From assembly GCF_009914755.1 (NCBI RefSeq), contig NC_060931.1: 64,000 bases of DNA; one strand, 5' to 3'. The stretch is from the human T2T-CHM13v2.0 reference genome, Homo sapiens. Below, piece by piece: positions 51,196 through 64,000 of the stretch; the first letter of the stretch is position 1, and the number at the start of each line of letters is the position of its first letter. The notes under the pieces are model-generated. The model was not told the origin of the DNA. It did no database searches and saw nothing but the letters and a program-made list of their open reading frames with translations. The position numbers and the translations under genes are program-made.

Positions 51196-54100
51196 GTGAT
51201 GTGTGCCTTCAACTCACAGAGTTTAACCTTTCTTTTCTTAGAGCAGTTTAGAAACACTCTGCTTGTTATGTCTGCAAGTGGATATTTGGACCTCTTTGAG
51301 GCCTTCGTTGCAAACTGGGTTTCTTCCTTTCATGCTAGACTAAGAAGAGTTCTCAGTAACTTTTTTGTGTTGTGTGTATTCAACTCACAGAGTTGAACCT
51401 TGCTTTAGAGAGAGCAGATTTGAAACACTCTTGCTGTGGCATTTTCAGGTGGAGATTTCAAGCGATTTGAGGACAATTGCAGAAAAGGAAATATCTTCGT
51501 ATAATAACCAGACAGAATCATTCTCAGAAAGTGCTTTGTGATGTGTGCGTTCAACTCACAGAGTTTAACCTTTCTTTTCATAGAGGAGTTTGGAAACACA
51601 CTGTTTGTAAAGTCTGCAAGTGGATATATGGACCTGTTTGAGGCCTTCGTTGGAAACGGGATTTCTTCATTGAATGCTAGACGGAAGAATTCTCAGTAAA
51701 TTCTTTGTGTTGTGTGCATTCAACTCACAGAGTGGAACGTCCCTTTAGACAGAGCAGATTTGAAACACTCTTTTTGCGGAATTTGCAAGTGGAGATTTCT
51801 AGCCATTTGATGCCAACAGTAGAAAGGGAAATATCTTCAAATAAAAACCAGACAGAATCATTCTCAGAAAATTCTTTGTGATGTGTGCGTTCAACTCACA
51901 TAGTTTAACCTTTCTTTTCATAGAGCAGTTTGGAAACACTCTGTTTGTAAAGTCTGCAAGTGGATATATGGACCGCATTGAGGCCTTCGTTGGAAACGGG
52001 ATTTCTTCATTTCATGCTAGACAGAAGAATTCTCAGTAACTTCTTTGTGCTGTGTGTATTCAACTCACAGAGTGGAACGTCCCTTTGCACAGAGCAGATT
52101 TGAAACACTCTTTTTGTGGAGTTTGCAAGTGGAGATTTCAAGCGATTTGATGCCAACAGTAGAAAAGGAAATATCTTCAAATAAAAACTAGACAGAATCA
52201 TTCTCAGAAACTACTTTGTGATGTGTGCCTTCAACTCACAGAGTTTAACCTTTCTTTTCTTAGAGCAGCTTAGAAACACTCTGCTTGTTATGTCTGCAAG
52301 TGGATATTTGGACCTCTTTGAGGCCTTCGTTGCAAACGGGGTTTCTTCCTTTCATGCTAGACTAAGAAGAGTTCTCAGTAACTTTTTTGTGTTGTGTGTA
52401 TTCAACTCACAGAGTTGAACCTTGCTTTAGAGAGAGCAGATTTGAAACACTCTTGCTGTGGCATTTTCAGGTGGAGATTTCAAGCGATTTGAGGACAATT
52501 GCAGAAAAGGAAATATCTTCGTATAATAACCAGACAGAATCATTCTCAGAAAGTGCTTTGTGATGTGTGCGTTCAACTCACAGAGTTTAACCTTTCTTTT
52601 CATAGAGGAGTTTGGAAACACACTGTTTGTAAAGTCTGCAAGTGGATACATGGACCTGTTTGAGGCCTTCGTTGGAAACGGGATTTCTTCATTGAATGCT
52701 AGACGGAAGAATTCTCAGTAAATTCTTTGTGTTGTGTGCATTCAACTCACAGAGTGGAACGTCCCTTTAGACAGAGCAGATTTGAAACACTCTTTTTGCG
52801 GAATTTGCAAGTGGAGATTTCTAGCCATTTGATGCCAACAGTAGAAAGGGAAATATCTTCAAATAAAAACCAGACAGAATCATTCTCAGAAAATTCTTTG
52901 TGATGTGTGCGTTCAACTCACATAGTTTAACCTTTCTTTTCATAGAGCAGTTTGGAAACACTCTGTTTGTAAAGTCTGCAAGTGGATATATGGACCGCAT
53001 TGAGGCCTTCGTTGGAAACGGGATTTCTTCATTTCATGCTAGACAGAAGAATTCTCAGTAACTTCTTTGTGCTGTGTGTATTCAACTCACAGAGTGGAAC
53101 GTCCCTTTGCACAGAGCAGATTTGAAACACTCTTTTTGTGGAGTTTGCAAGTGGAGATTTCAAGCGATTTGATGCCAACAGTAGAAAAGGAAATATCTTC
53201 AAATAAAAACTAGACAGAATCATTCTCAGAAACTACTTTGTGATGTGTGCCTTCAACTCACAGAGTTTAACCTTTCTTTTCTTAGAGCAGTTTAGAAACA
53301 CTCTGCTTGTTATGTCTGCAAGTGGATATTTGGACCTCTTTGAGGCCTTCGTTGCAAACGGGGTTTCTTCCTTTCATGCTAGACTAAGAAGAGTTCTCAG
53401 TAACTTTTTTGTGTTGTGTGTATTCAACTCACAGAGTTGAACCTTGCTTTAGAGAGAGCAGATTTGAAACACTCTTGCTGTGGCATTTTCAGGTGGAGAA
53501 TTCAAGCGATTTGAGGACAATTGCAGAAAAGGAAATATCTTCGTATAATAACCAGACAGAATCATTCTCAGAAAGTGCTTTGTGATGTGTGCGTTCAACT
53601 CACAGAGTTTAACCTTTCTTTTCATAGAGGAGTTTGGAAACACACTGTTTGTAAAGTCTGCAAGTGGATATATGGACCTGTTTGAGGCCTTCGTTGGAAA
53701 CGGGATTTCTTCATTGAATGCTAGACGGAAGAATTCTCAGTAAATTCTTTGTGTTGTGTGCATTCAACTCACAGAGTGGAACGTCCCTTTAGACAGAGCA
53801 GATTTGAAACACTCTTTTTGCGGAATTTGCAAGTGGAGATTTCTAGCCATTTGATGCCAACAGTAGAAAGGGAAATATCTTCAAATAAAAACCAGACAGA
53901 ATCATTCTCAGAAAATTCTTTGTGATGTGTGCGTTCAACTCACATAGTTTAACCTTTCTTTTCATAGAGCAGTTTGGAAACACTCTGTTTGTAAAGTCTG
54001 CAAGTGGATATATGGACCGCATTGAGGCCTTCGTTGGAAACGGGATTTCTTCATTTCATGCTAGACAGAAGAATTCTCAGTAACTTCTTTGTGCTGTGTG

Positions 54101-55247
54101 TATTCAACTCACAGAGTGGAACGTCCCTTTGCACAGAGCAGATTTGAAACACTCTTTTTGTGGAGTTTGCAAGTGGAGATTTCAAGCGATTTGATGCCAA
54201 CAGTAGAAAAGGAAATATCTTCAAATAAAAACTAGACAGAATCATTCTCAGAAACTACTTTGTGATGTGTGCCTTCAACTCACAGAGTTTAACCTTTCTT
54301 TTCTTAGAGCAGTTTAGAAACACTCTGCTTGTTATGTCTGCAAGTGGATATTTGGACCTCTTTGAGGCCTTCGTTGCAAACGGGGTTTCTTCCTTTCATG
54401 CTAGACTAAGAAGAGTTCTCAGTAACTTTTTTGTGTTGTGTGTATTCAACTCACAGAGTTGAACCTTGCTTTAGAGAGAGCAGATTTGAAACACTCTTGC
54501 TGTGGCATTTTCAGGTGGAGATTTCAAGCGATTTGAGGACAATTGCAGAAAAGGAAATATCTTCGTATAATAACCAGACAGAATCATTCTCAGAAAGTGC
54601 TTTGTGATGTGTGCGTTCAACTCACAGAGTTTAACCTTTCTTTTCATAGAGGAGTTTGGAAACACACTGTTTGTAAAGTCTGCAAGTGGATACATGGACC
54701 TGTTTGAGGCCTTCGTTGGAAACGGGATTTCTTCATTGAATGCTAGACGGAAGAATTCTCAGTAAATTCTTTGTGTTGTGTGCATTCAACTCACAGAGTG
54801 GAACGTCCCTTTAGACAGAGCAGATTTGAAACACTCTTTTTGCGGAATTTGCAAGTGGAGATTTCTAGCCATTTGATGCCAACAGTAGAAAGGGAAATAT
54901 CTTCAAATAAAAACCAGACAGAATCATTCTCAGAAAATTCTTTGTGATGTGTGCGTTCAACTCACATAGTTTAACCTTTCTTTTCATAGAGCAGTTTGGA
55001 AACACTCTGTTTGTAAAGTCTGCAAGTGGATATATGGACCGCATTGAGGCCTTCGTTGGAAACGGGATTTCTTCATTTCATGCTAGACAGAAGAATTCTC
55101 AGTAACTTCTTTGTGCTGTGTGTATTCAACTCACAGAGTGGAACGTCCCTTTGCACAGAGCAGATTTGAAACACTCTTTTTGTGGAGTTTGCAAGTGGAG
55201 ATTTCAAGCGATTTGATGCCAACAGTAGAAAAGGAAATATCTTCAAA

Positions 55248-55261
55248 TAAAAACTAAAAAC
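55248..55261 (+). repeat. 7-bp tandem duplication (taaaaac)x2 giving a 1029-bp HOR, second copy
   Basis: Same insertion. Period 54262->55291 = 1029. Confidence 0.95.
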
Positions 55262-57334
55262 TAGACAGAATCATTCTCAGAAACTACTTTGTGATGTGTG
55301 CCTTCAACTCACAGAGTTTAACCTTTCTTTTCTTAGAGCAGTTTAGAAACACTCTGCTTGTTATGTCTGCAAGTGGATATTTGGACCTCTTTGAGGCCTT
55401 CGTTGCAAACGGGGTTTCTTCCTTTCATGCTAGACTAAGAAGAGTTCTCAGTAACTTTTTTGTGTTGTGTGTATTCAACTCACAGAGTTCAACCTTGCTT
55501 TAGAGAGAGCAGATTTGAAACACTCTCGCTGTGGAATTTTCAGGTGGAGATTTCAAGCGATTTGAGGACAATTGCAGAAAAGGAAATATCTTCGTATAAT
55601 AACCAGACAGAATCATTCTCAGAAAGTACTTTGTGATGTGTGCGTTCAACTCACAGAGTTTAACCTTTCTTTTCATAGAGGAGTTTGGAAACACACTGTT
55701 TGTAAAGTCTGCAATTGGATATATGGACCTGTTTGAGGCCTTCGTTGGAAACGGGATTTCTTCATTGAATGCTAGACGGAAGGATTCTCAGTAAATTCTT
55801 TGTGTTGTGTGCATTCAACTCACAGAGTGGAACGTCCCTTTAGACAGAGCAGATTTGAAACACTCTTTTTGCGGAATTTGCAAGTGGAGATTTCTAGCCA
55901 TTTGATGCCAACAGTAGACAGGGAAACATCTTCAAATAAAAACCAGACAGAATCATTCTCAGAAAATTCTTTGTGATGTGTGCGTTCAACTCACATAGTT
56001 TAACCTTTCTTTTCATAGAGCAGTTTGGAAACACTCTGTTTGTAAAGTCTGCAAGTGGATATATGGACCGCATTGAGGCCTTCGTTGGAAACGGGATTTC
56101 TTCATTTCATACTAGACAGAAGAATTCTCAGTAACTTCTTTGTGCTGTGTGTATTCAACTCACAGAGTGGAACGTCCCTTTGCACAGAGCAGATTTGAAA
56201 CACTCTTTTTGTGGAGTTTGCTAGTGGAGATTTCAAGCGATTTGATGCCAACAGTAGAAAAGGAAATATCTTCAAATAAAAACTAGACAGAATCATTCTC
56301 AGAAACTACTTTGTGATGTGTGCCTTCAACTCACAGAGTTTAACCTTTCTTTTCTTAGAGCAGTTTAGAAACACTCTGCTTGTTATGTCTGCAAGTGGAT
56401 ATTTGGACCTCTTTGAGGCCTTCGTTGCAAACGGGGTTTCTTCCTTTCATGCTAGACTAAGAAGAGTTCTCAGTAACTTTTTTGTGTTGTGTGTATTCAA
56501 CTCACAGAGTTGAACCTTGCTTTAGAGAGAGCAGATTTGAAACACTCTTGCTGTGGCATTTTCAGGTGGAGATTTCAAGCGATTTGAGGACAATTGCAGA
56601 AAAGGAAATATCTTCGTATAATAACCAGACAGAATCATTCTCAGAAAGTGCTTTGTGATGTGTGCGTTCAACTCACAGAGTTTAACCTTTCTTTTCATAG
56701 AGGAGTTTGGAAACACACTGTTTGTAAAGTCTGCAATTGGATATATGGACCTGTTTGAGGCCTCCGTTGGAAACGGGATTTCTTCATTGAATGCTAGACG
56801 GAAGAATTCTCAGTAAATTCTTTGTGTTGTGTGCATTCAACTCACAGAGTGGAACGTCCCTTTAGACAGAGCAGATTTGAAACACTCTTTTTGCGGAATT
56901 TGCAAGTGGAGATTTCTAGCCATTTGATGCCAACAGTAGAAAGGGAAATATCTTCAAATAAAAACCAGACAGAATCATTCTCAGAAAATTCTTTGTGATG
57001 TGTGCGTTCAACTCACATAGTTTAACCTTTCTTTTCATAGAGCAGTTTGGAAACACTCTGTTTGTAAAGTCTGCAAGTGGATATATGGACCGCATTGAGG
57101 CCTTCGTTGGAAAAGGGATTTCTTCATTTCATGCTAGACAGAAGAATTCTCAGTAACTTCTTTGTGCTGTGTGTATTCAACTCACAGAGTGGAACGTCCC
57201 TTTGCACAGAGCAGATTTGAAACACTCTTTTTGTGGAGTTTGCAAGTGGAGATTTCAAGCGATTTGATGCCAACAGTAGAAAAGGAAATATCTTCAAATA
57301 AAAACTAGACAGAATCATTCTCAGAAACTACTTT

Positions 57335-58016
57335 GTGATGTGTGCCTTCAACTCACAGAGTTTAACCTTTCTTTTCTTAGAGCAGTTTAGAAACACTCTG
57401 CTTGTTATGTCTGCAAGTGGATATTTGGACCTCTTTGAGGCCTTCGTTGCAAACGGGGTTTCTTCCTTTCATGCTAGACTAAGAAGAGTTCTCAGTAACT
57501 TTTTTGTGTTGTGTGTATTCAACTCACAGAGTTGAACCTTGCTTTAGAGAGAGCAGATTTGAAACACTCTTGCTGTGGCATTTTCAGGTGGAGATTTCAA
57601 GCGATTTGAGGACAATTGCAGAAAAGGAAATATCTTCGTATAATAACCAGACAGAATCATTCTCAGAAAGTGCTTTGTGATGTGTGCGTTCAACTCACAG
57701 AGTTTAAACTTTCTTTTCATAGAGGAGTTTGGAAACACACTGTTTGTAAAGTCTGCAAGTGGATATATGGACCTGTTTGAGGCCTTCGTTGGAAACGGGA
57801 TTTCTTCATTGAATGCTAGACGGAAGAATTCTCAGTAAATTCTTTGTGTTGTGTGCATTCAACTCACAGAGTGGAACGTCCCTTTAGACAGAGCAGATTT
57901 GAAACACTCTTTTTGTGGAGTTTGCAAGTGGAGATTTCAAGCGATTTGATGCCAACAGTAGAAAAGGAAATATCTTCAAATAAAAACTAGACAGAATCAT
58001 TCTCAGAAACTACTTT
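57335..58016 (+). repeat. 4-mer (682 bp) HOR deletion variant, subtype B
   Basis: 682-bp period, hybrid monomer, gagtttaaact marker. Confidence 0.95.
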
Positions 58017-61000
58017 GTGATGTGTGCCTTCAACTCACAGAGTTTAACCTTTCTTTTCTTAGAGCAGTTTAGAAACACTCTGCTTGTTATGTCTGCAAGT
58101 GGATATTTGGACCTCTTTGAGGCCTTCGTTGCAAACTGGGTTTCTTCCTTTCATGCTAGACTAAGAAGAGTTCTCAGTAACTTTTTTGTGTTGTGTGTAT
58201 TCAACTCACAGAGTTGAACCTTGCTTTAGAGAGAGCAGATTTGAAACACTCTTGCTGTGGCATTTTCAGGTGGAGATTTCAAGCGATTTGAGGACAATTG
58301 CAGAAAAGGAAATATCTTCGTATAATAACCAGACAGAATCATTCTCAGAAAGTGCTTTGTGATGTGTGCGTTCAACTCACAGAGTTTAACCTTTCTTTTC
58401 ATAGAGGAGTTTGGAAACACACTGTTTGTAAAGTCTGCAAGTGGATATATGGACCTGTTTGAGGCCTTCGTTGGAAACGGGATTTCTTCATTGAATGCTA
58501 GACGGAAGAATTCTCAGTAAATTCTTTGTGTTGTGTGCATTCAACTCACAGAGTGGAACGTCCCTTTAGACAGAGCAGATTTGAAACACTCTTTTTGCGG
58601 AATTTGCAAGTGGAGATTTCTAGCCATTTGATGCCAACAGTAGAAAGGGAAATATCTTCAAATAAAAACCAGACAGAATCATTCTCAGAAAATTCTTTGT
58701 GATGTGTGCGTTCAACTCACATAGTTTAACCTTTCTTTTCATAGAGCAGTTTGGAAACACTCTGTTTGTAAAGTCTGCAAGTGGATATATGGACCGCATT
58801 GAGGCCTTCGTTGGAAACGGGATTTCTTCATTTCATGCTAGACAGAAGAATTCTCAGTAACTTCTTTGTGCTGTGTGTATTCAACTCACAGAGTGGAACG
58901 TCCCTTTGCACAGAGCAGATTTGAAACACTCTTTTTGTGGAGTTTGCAAGTGGAGATTTCAAGCGATTTGATGCCAACAGTAGAAAAGGAAATATCTTCA
59001 AATAAAAACTAGACAGAATCATTCTCAGAAACTACTTTGTGATGTGTGCCTTCAACTCACAGAGTTTAACCTTTCTTTTCTTAGAGCAGCTTAGAAACAC
59101 TCTGCTTGTTATGTCTGCAAGTGGATATTTGGACCTCTTTGAGGCCTTCGTTGCAAACGGGGTTTCTTCCTTTCATGCTAGACTAAGAAGAGTTCTCAGT
59201 AACTTTTTTGTGTTGTGTGTATTCAACTCACAGAGTTGAACCTTGCTTTAGAGAGAGCAGATTTGAAACACTCTTGCTGTGGCATTTTCAGGTGGAGATT
59301 TCAAGCGATTTGAGGACAATTGCAGAAAAGGAAATATCTTCGTATAATAACCAGACAGAATCATTCTCAGAAAGTGCTTTGTGATGTGTGCGTTCAACTC
59401 ACAGAGTTTAACCTTTCTTTTCATAGAGGAGTTTGGAAACACACTGTTTGTAAAGTCTGCAAGTGGATACATGGACCTGTTTGAGGCCTTCGTTGGAAAC
59501 GGGATTTCTTCATTGAATGCTAGACGGAAGAATTCTCAGTAAATTCTTTGTGTTGTGTGCATTCAACTCACAGAGTGGAACGTCCCTTTAGACAGAGCAG
59601 ATTTGAAACACTCTTTTTGCGGAATTTGCAAGTGGAGATTTCTAGCCATTTGATGCCAACAGTAGAAAGGGAAATATCTTCAAATAAAAACCAGACAGAA
59701 TCATTCTCAGAAAATTCTTTGTGATGTGTGCGTTCAACTCACATAGTTTAACCTTTCTTTTCATAGAGCAGTTTGGAAACACTCTGTTTGTAAAGTCTGC
59801 AAGTGGATATATGGACCGCATTGAGGCCTTCGTTGGAAACGGGATTTCTTCATTTCATGCTAGACAGAAGAATTCTCAGTAACTTCTTTGTGCTGTGTGT
59901 ATTCAACTCACAGAGTGGAACGTCCCTTTGCACAGAGCAGATTTGAAACACTCTTTTTGTGGAGTTTGCAAGTGGAGATTTCAAGCGATTTGATGCCAAC
60001 AGTAGAAAAGGAAATATCTTCAAATAAAAACTAGACAGAATCATTCTCAGAAACTACTTTGTGATGTGTGCCTTCAACTCACAGAGTTTAACCTTTCTTT
60101 TCTTAGAGCAGTTTAGAAACACTCTGCTTGTTATGTCTGCAAGTGGATATTTGGACCTCTTTGAGGCCTTCGTTGCAAACGGGGTTTCTTCCTTTCATGC
60201 TAGACTAAGAAGAGTTCTCAGTAACTTTTTTGTGTTGTGTGTATTCAACTCACAGAGTTGAACCTTGCTTTAGAGAGAGCAGATTTGAAACACTCTTGCT
60301 GTGGCATTTTCAGGTGGAGAATTCAAGCGATTTGAGGACAATTGCAGAAAAGGAAATATCTTCGTATAATAACCAGACAGAATCATTCTCAGAAAGTGCT
60401 TTGTGATGTGTGCGTTCAACTCACAGAGTTTAACCTTTCTTTTCATAGAGGAGTTTGGAAACACACTGTTTGTAAAGTCTGCAAGTGGATATATGGACCT
60501 GTTTGAGGCCTTCGTTGGAAACGGGATTTCTTCATTGAATGCTAGACGGAAGAATTCTCAGTAAATTCTTTGTGTTGTGTGCATTCAACTCACAGAGTGG
60601 AACGTCCCTTTAGACAGAGCAGATTTGAAACACTCTTTTTGCGGAATTTGCAAGTGGAGATTTCTAGCCATTTGATGCCAACAGTAGAAAGGGAAATATC
60701 TTCAAATAAAAACCAGACAGAATCATTCTCAGAAAATTCTTTGTGATGTGTGCGTTCAACTCACATAGTTTAACCTTTCTTTTCATAGAGCAGTTTGGAA
60801 ACACTCTGTTTGTAAAGTCTGCAAGTGGATATATGGACCGCATTGAGGCCTTCGTTGGAAACGGGATTTCTTCATTTCATGCTAGACAGAAGAATTCTCA
60901 GTAACTTCTTTGTGCTGTGTGTATTCAACTCACAGAGTGGAACGTCCCTTTGCACAGAGCAGATTTGAAACACTCTTTTTGTGGAGTTTGCAAGTGGAGA

Positions 61001-64000
61001 TTTCAAGCGATTTGATGCCAACAGTAGAAAAGGAAATATCTTCAAATAAAAACTAGACAGAATCATTCTCAGAAACTACTTTGTGATGTGTGCCTTCAAC
61101 TCACAGAGTTTACCCTTTCTTTTCTTAGAGCAGTTTAGAAACACTCTGCTTGTTATGTCTGCAAGTGGATATTTGGACCTCTTTGAGGCCTTCGTTGCAA
61201 ACGGGGTTTCTTCCTTTCATGCTAGACTAAGAAGAGTTCTCAGTAACTTTTTTGTGTTGTGTGTATTCAACTCACAGAGTTGAACCTTGCTTTAGAGAGA
61301 GCAGATTTGAAACACTCTTGCTGTGGCATTTTCAGGTGGAGATTTCAAGCGATTTGAGGACAATTGCAGAAAAGGAAATATCTTCGTATAATAACCAGAC
61401 AGAATCATTCTCAGAAAGTGCTTTGTGATGTGTGCGTTCAACTCACAGAGTTTAACCTTTCTTTTCATAGAGGAGTTTGGAAACACACTGTTTGTAAAGT
61501 CTGCAAGTGGATATATGGACCTGTTTGAGGCCTCCGTTGGAAACGGGATTTCTTCATTGAATGCTAGACGGAAGAATTCTCAGTAAATTCTTTGTGTTGT
61601 GTGCATTCAACTCACAGAGTGGAACGTCCCTTTAGACAGAGCAGATTTGAAACACTCTTTTTGCGGAATTTGCAAGTGGAGATTTCTAGCCATTTGATGC
61701 CAACAGTAGAAAGGGAAATATCTTCAAATAAAAACCAGACAGAATCATTCTCAGAAAATTCTTTGTGATGTGTGCGTTCAACTCACATAGTTTAACCTTT
61801 CTTTTCATAGAGCAGTTTGGAAACACTCTGTTTGTAAAGTCTGCAAGTGGATATATGGACCGCATTGAGGCCTTCGTTGGAAACGGGATTTCTTCATTTC
61901 ATGCTAGACAGAAGAATTCTCAGTAACTTCTTTGTGCTGTGTGTATTCAACTCACAGAGTGGAACGTCCCTTTGCACAGAGCAGATTTGAAACACTCTTT
62001 TTGTGGAGTTTGCAAGTGGAGATTTCAAGCGATTTGATGCCAACAGTAGAAAAGGAAATATCTTCAAATAAAAACTAGACAGAATCATTCTCAGAAACTA
62101 CTTTGTGATGTGTGCCTTCAACTCACAGAGTTCAACCTTTCTTTTCTTAGAGCAGTTTAGAAACACTCTGCTTGTTATGTCTGCAAGTGGATATTTGGAC
62201 CTCTTTGAGGCCTTCGTTGCAAACGGGGTTTCTTCCTTTCATGCTAGACTAAGAAGAGTTCTCAGTAACTTTTTTGTGTTGTGTGTATTCAACTCACAGA
62301 GTTGAACCTTGCTTTAGAGAGAGCAGATTTGAAACACTCTTGCTGTGGCATTTTCAGGTGGAGATTTCAAGCGATTTGAGGACAATTGCAGAAAAGGAAA
62401 TATCTTCGTATAATAACCAGACAGAATCATTCTCAGAAAGTGCTTTGTGATGTGTGCGTTCAACTCACAGAGTTTAACCTTTCTTTTCATAGAGGAGTTT
62501 GGAAACACACTGTTTGTAAAGTCTGCAAGTGGATACATGGACCTGTTTGAGGCCTTCGTTGGAAACGGGATTTCTTCATTGAATGCTAGACGGAAGAATT
62601 CTCAGTAAATTCTTTGTGTTGTGTGCATTCAACTCACAGAGTGGAACGTCCCTTTAGACAGAGCAGATTTGAAACACTCTTTTTGCGGAATTTGCAAGTG
62701 GAGATTTCTAGCCATTTGATGCCAACAGTAGAAAGGGAAATATCTTCAAATAAAAACCAGACAGAATCATTCTCAGAAAATTCTTTGTGATGTGTGCGTT
62801 CAACTCATATAGTTTAACCTTTCTTTTCATAGAGCAGTTTGGAAACACTCTGTTTGTAAAGTCTGCAAGTGGATATATGGACCGCATTGAGGCCTTCGTT
62901 GGAAACGGGATTTCTTCATTTCATGCTAGACAGAAGAATTCTCAGTAACTTCTTTGTGCTGTGTGTATTCAACTCACAGAGTGGAACGTCCCTTTACACA
63001 GAGCAGATTTGAAACACTCTTTTTGTGGAGTTTGCAAGTGGAGATTTCAAGCGATTTGATGCCAACAGTAGAAAAGGAAATATCTTCAAATAAAAACTAG
63101 ACAGAATCATTCTCAGAAACTACTTTGTGATGTGTGCCTTCAACTCACAGAGTTTAACCTTTCTTTTCTTAGAGCAGTTTAGAAACACTCTGCTTGTTAT
63201 GTCTGCAAGTGGATATTTGGACCTCTTTGAGGCCTTCGTTGCAAACGGGGTTTCTTCCTTTCATGCTAGACTAAGAAGAGTTCTCAGTAACTTTTTTGTG
63301 TTGTGTGTATTCAACTCACAGAGTTGAACCTTGCTTTAGAGAGAGCAGATTTGAAACACTCTTGCTGTGGCATTTTCAGGTGGAGATTTCAAGCGATTTG
63401 AGGACAATTGCAGAAAAGGAAATATCTTCGTATAATAACCAGACAGAATCATTCTCAGAAAGTGCTTTGTGATGTGTGCGTTCAACTCACAGAGTTTAAC
63501 CTTTCTTTTCATAGAGGAGTTTGGAAACACACTGTTTGTAAAGTCTGCAAGTGGATATATGGACCTGTTTGAGGCCTTCGTTGGAAACGGGATTTCTTCA
63601 TTGAATGCTAGACGGAAGAATTCTCAGTAAATTCTTTGTGTTGTGTGCATTCAACTCACAGAGTGGAACGTCCCTTTAGACAGAGCAGATTTGAAACACT
63701 CTTTTTGCGGAATTTGCAAGTGGAGATTTCTAGCCATTTGATGCCAACAGTAGAAAGGGAAATATCTTCAAATAAAAACCAGACAGAATCATTCTCAGAA
63801 AATTCTTTGTGATGTGTGCGTTCAACTCACATAGTTTAACCTTTCTTTTCATAGAGCAGTTTGGAAACACTCTGTTTGTAAAGTCTGCAAGTGGATATAT
63901 GGACCGCATTGAGGCCTTCGTTGGAAACGGGATTTCTTCATTTCATGCTAGACAGAAGAATTCTCAGTAACTTCTTTGTGCTGTGTGTATTCAACTCTCA

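Larger units (their letters stand above)
49401..61020 (+). repeat. Duplicated multi-HOR block, about 49401-54200 and about 56222-61020 (offset 6821)
   Basis: Paired markers at a constant offset of 6821: 49401/56222, 49943/56764, 50293/57114, 4-mers 50514/57335, 51316/58137 and new EcoRI sites 53498/60319. Confidence 0.88.
1..64000 (+). repeat. Alpha-satellite HOR array, SF1 dimeric type, 6-mer 1022-bp HOR; most likely human chr7 D7Z1 (S1C7H1L)
   Basis: Alphoid motifs (cattctcagaaa, gtgatgtgtgc.ttcaactcacagag, gagcag.tt.gaaacactct) recur every 169-171 bp. Monomer starts at 68, 237, 408, 579, 750, 919, 1090 give a 1022-bp period, and the ORF track repeats with the same period. There is a CENP-B box in every second monomer. 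EcoRI sites at 1258, 1940 and 2280 give 682+340 bp, as recalled for D7Z1 tetramer/dimer clones. The alpha-satellite call is essentially certain; the D7Z1 identity is about 0.85 because other SF1 6-mers exist. Confidence 0.98.

Noticed and set aside
12690-58016. Regular or coded spacing of the 4-mer variants
   Set aside because: Spacings (4777, 6814, 4770, 7836, 3748, 9879, 6821) are irregular and are explained by the block duplications described above.
420-63530. Nearly 200 short ORFs (64-90 aa) on both strands repeating every 1022/682 bp
   Set aside because: They are chance open frames in satellite DNA. Most start at GTG/TTG-type codons, they overlap on opposite strands, they appear and vanish with single SNVs, and they resemble no protein family I recognise. 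They were used only as variant markers.
1-64000. CRISPR-like or other repeat-spacer array
   Set aside because: There are no unique spacers and no cas or other genes. The whole unit is repeated and is recognisable alpha satellite.
1-64000. Transposon insertion (L1/Alu), inversion or non-alphoid island
   Set aside because: Unit lengths sum exactly to the span (52x1022 + 8x682 + 2x1021 + 2x1029 = 62700 = 63127-427) and the orientation never changes, leaving no room for an insertion.
1-64000. Assigning this window to the kinetochore site (centromere dip region)
   Set aside because: That needs methylation or CENP-A data. High homogeneity and dense CENP-B boxes only indicate an active-type array.

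Overview
The whole 64 kb window is one uninterrupted, single-orientation array of primate (almost certainly human) centromeric alpha-satellite DNA. It has no genes, RNA genes, transposon insertions or inversions. Monomers of 169-171 bp alternate between CENP-B-box (B-type) and pJalpha-like (A-type) forms, the suprachromosomal family 1 dimer pattern. They build a 6-monomer higher-order repeat (HOR) of 1022 bp (169+171+171+171+169+171) that EcoRI would cut into 340 and 682 bp fragments. This best matches the active chromosome 7 array D7Z1 (S1C7H1L); that assignment comes from recalled properties, not an alignment. Between 427 and 63126 I count 64 units: 52 of 1022 bp, 2 of 1021 bp, 2 of 1029 bp (7-bp duplication) and 8 of 682 bp (4-mer deletion variant). 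All supplied ORFs are artefacts of the repeat. I found no new protein-coding or RNA system. What is interesting is the recombination record above the HOR level: a shared 4-mer breakpoint, nested multi-HOR duplications, whole-HOR indels, a short probable conversion tract and clustered CENP-B box knockouts. Variant positions were read by eye and may be incomplete.
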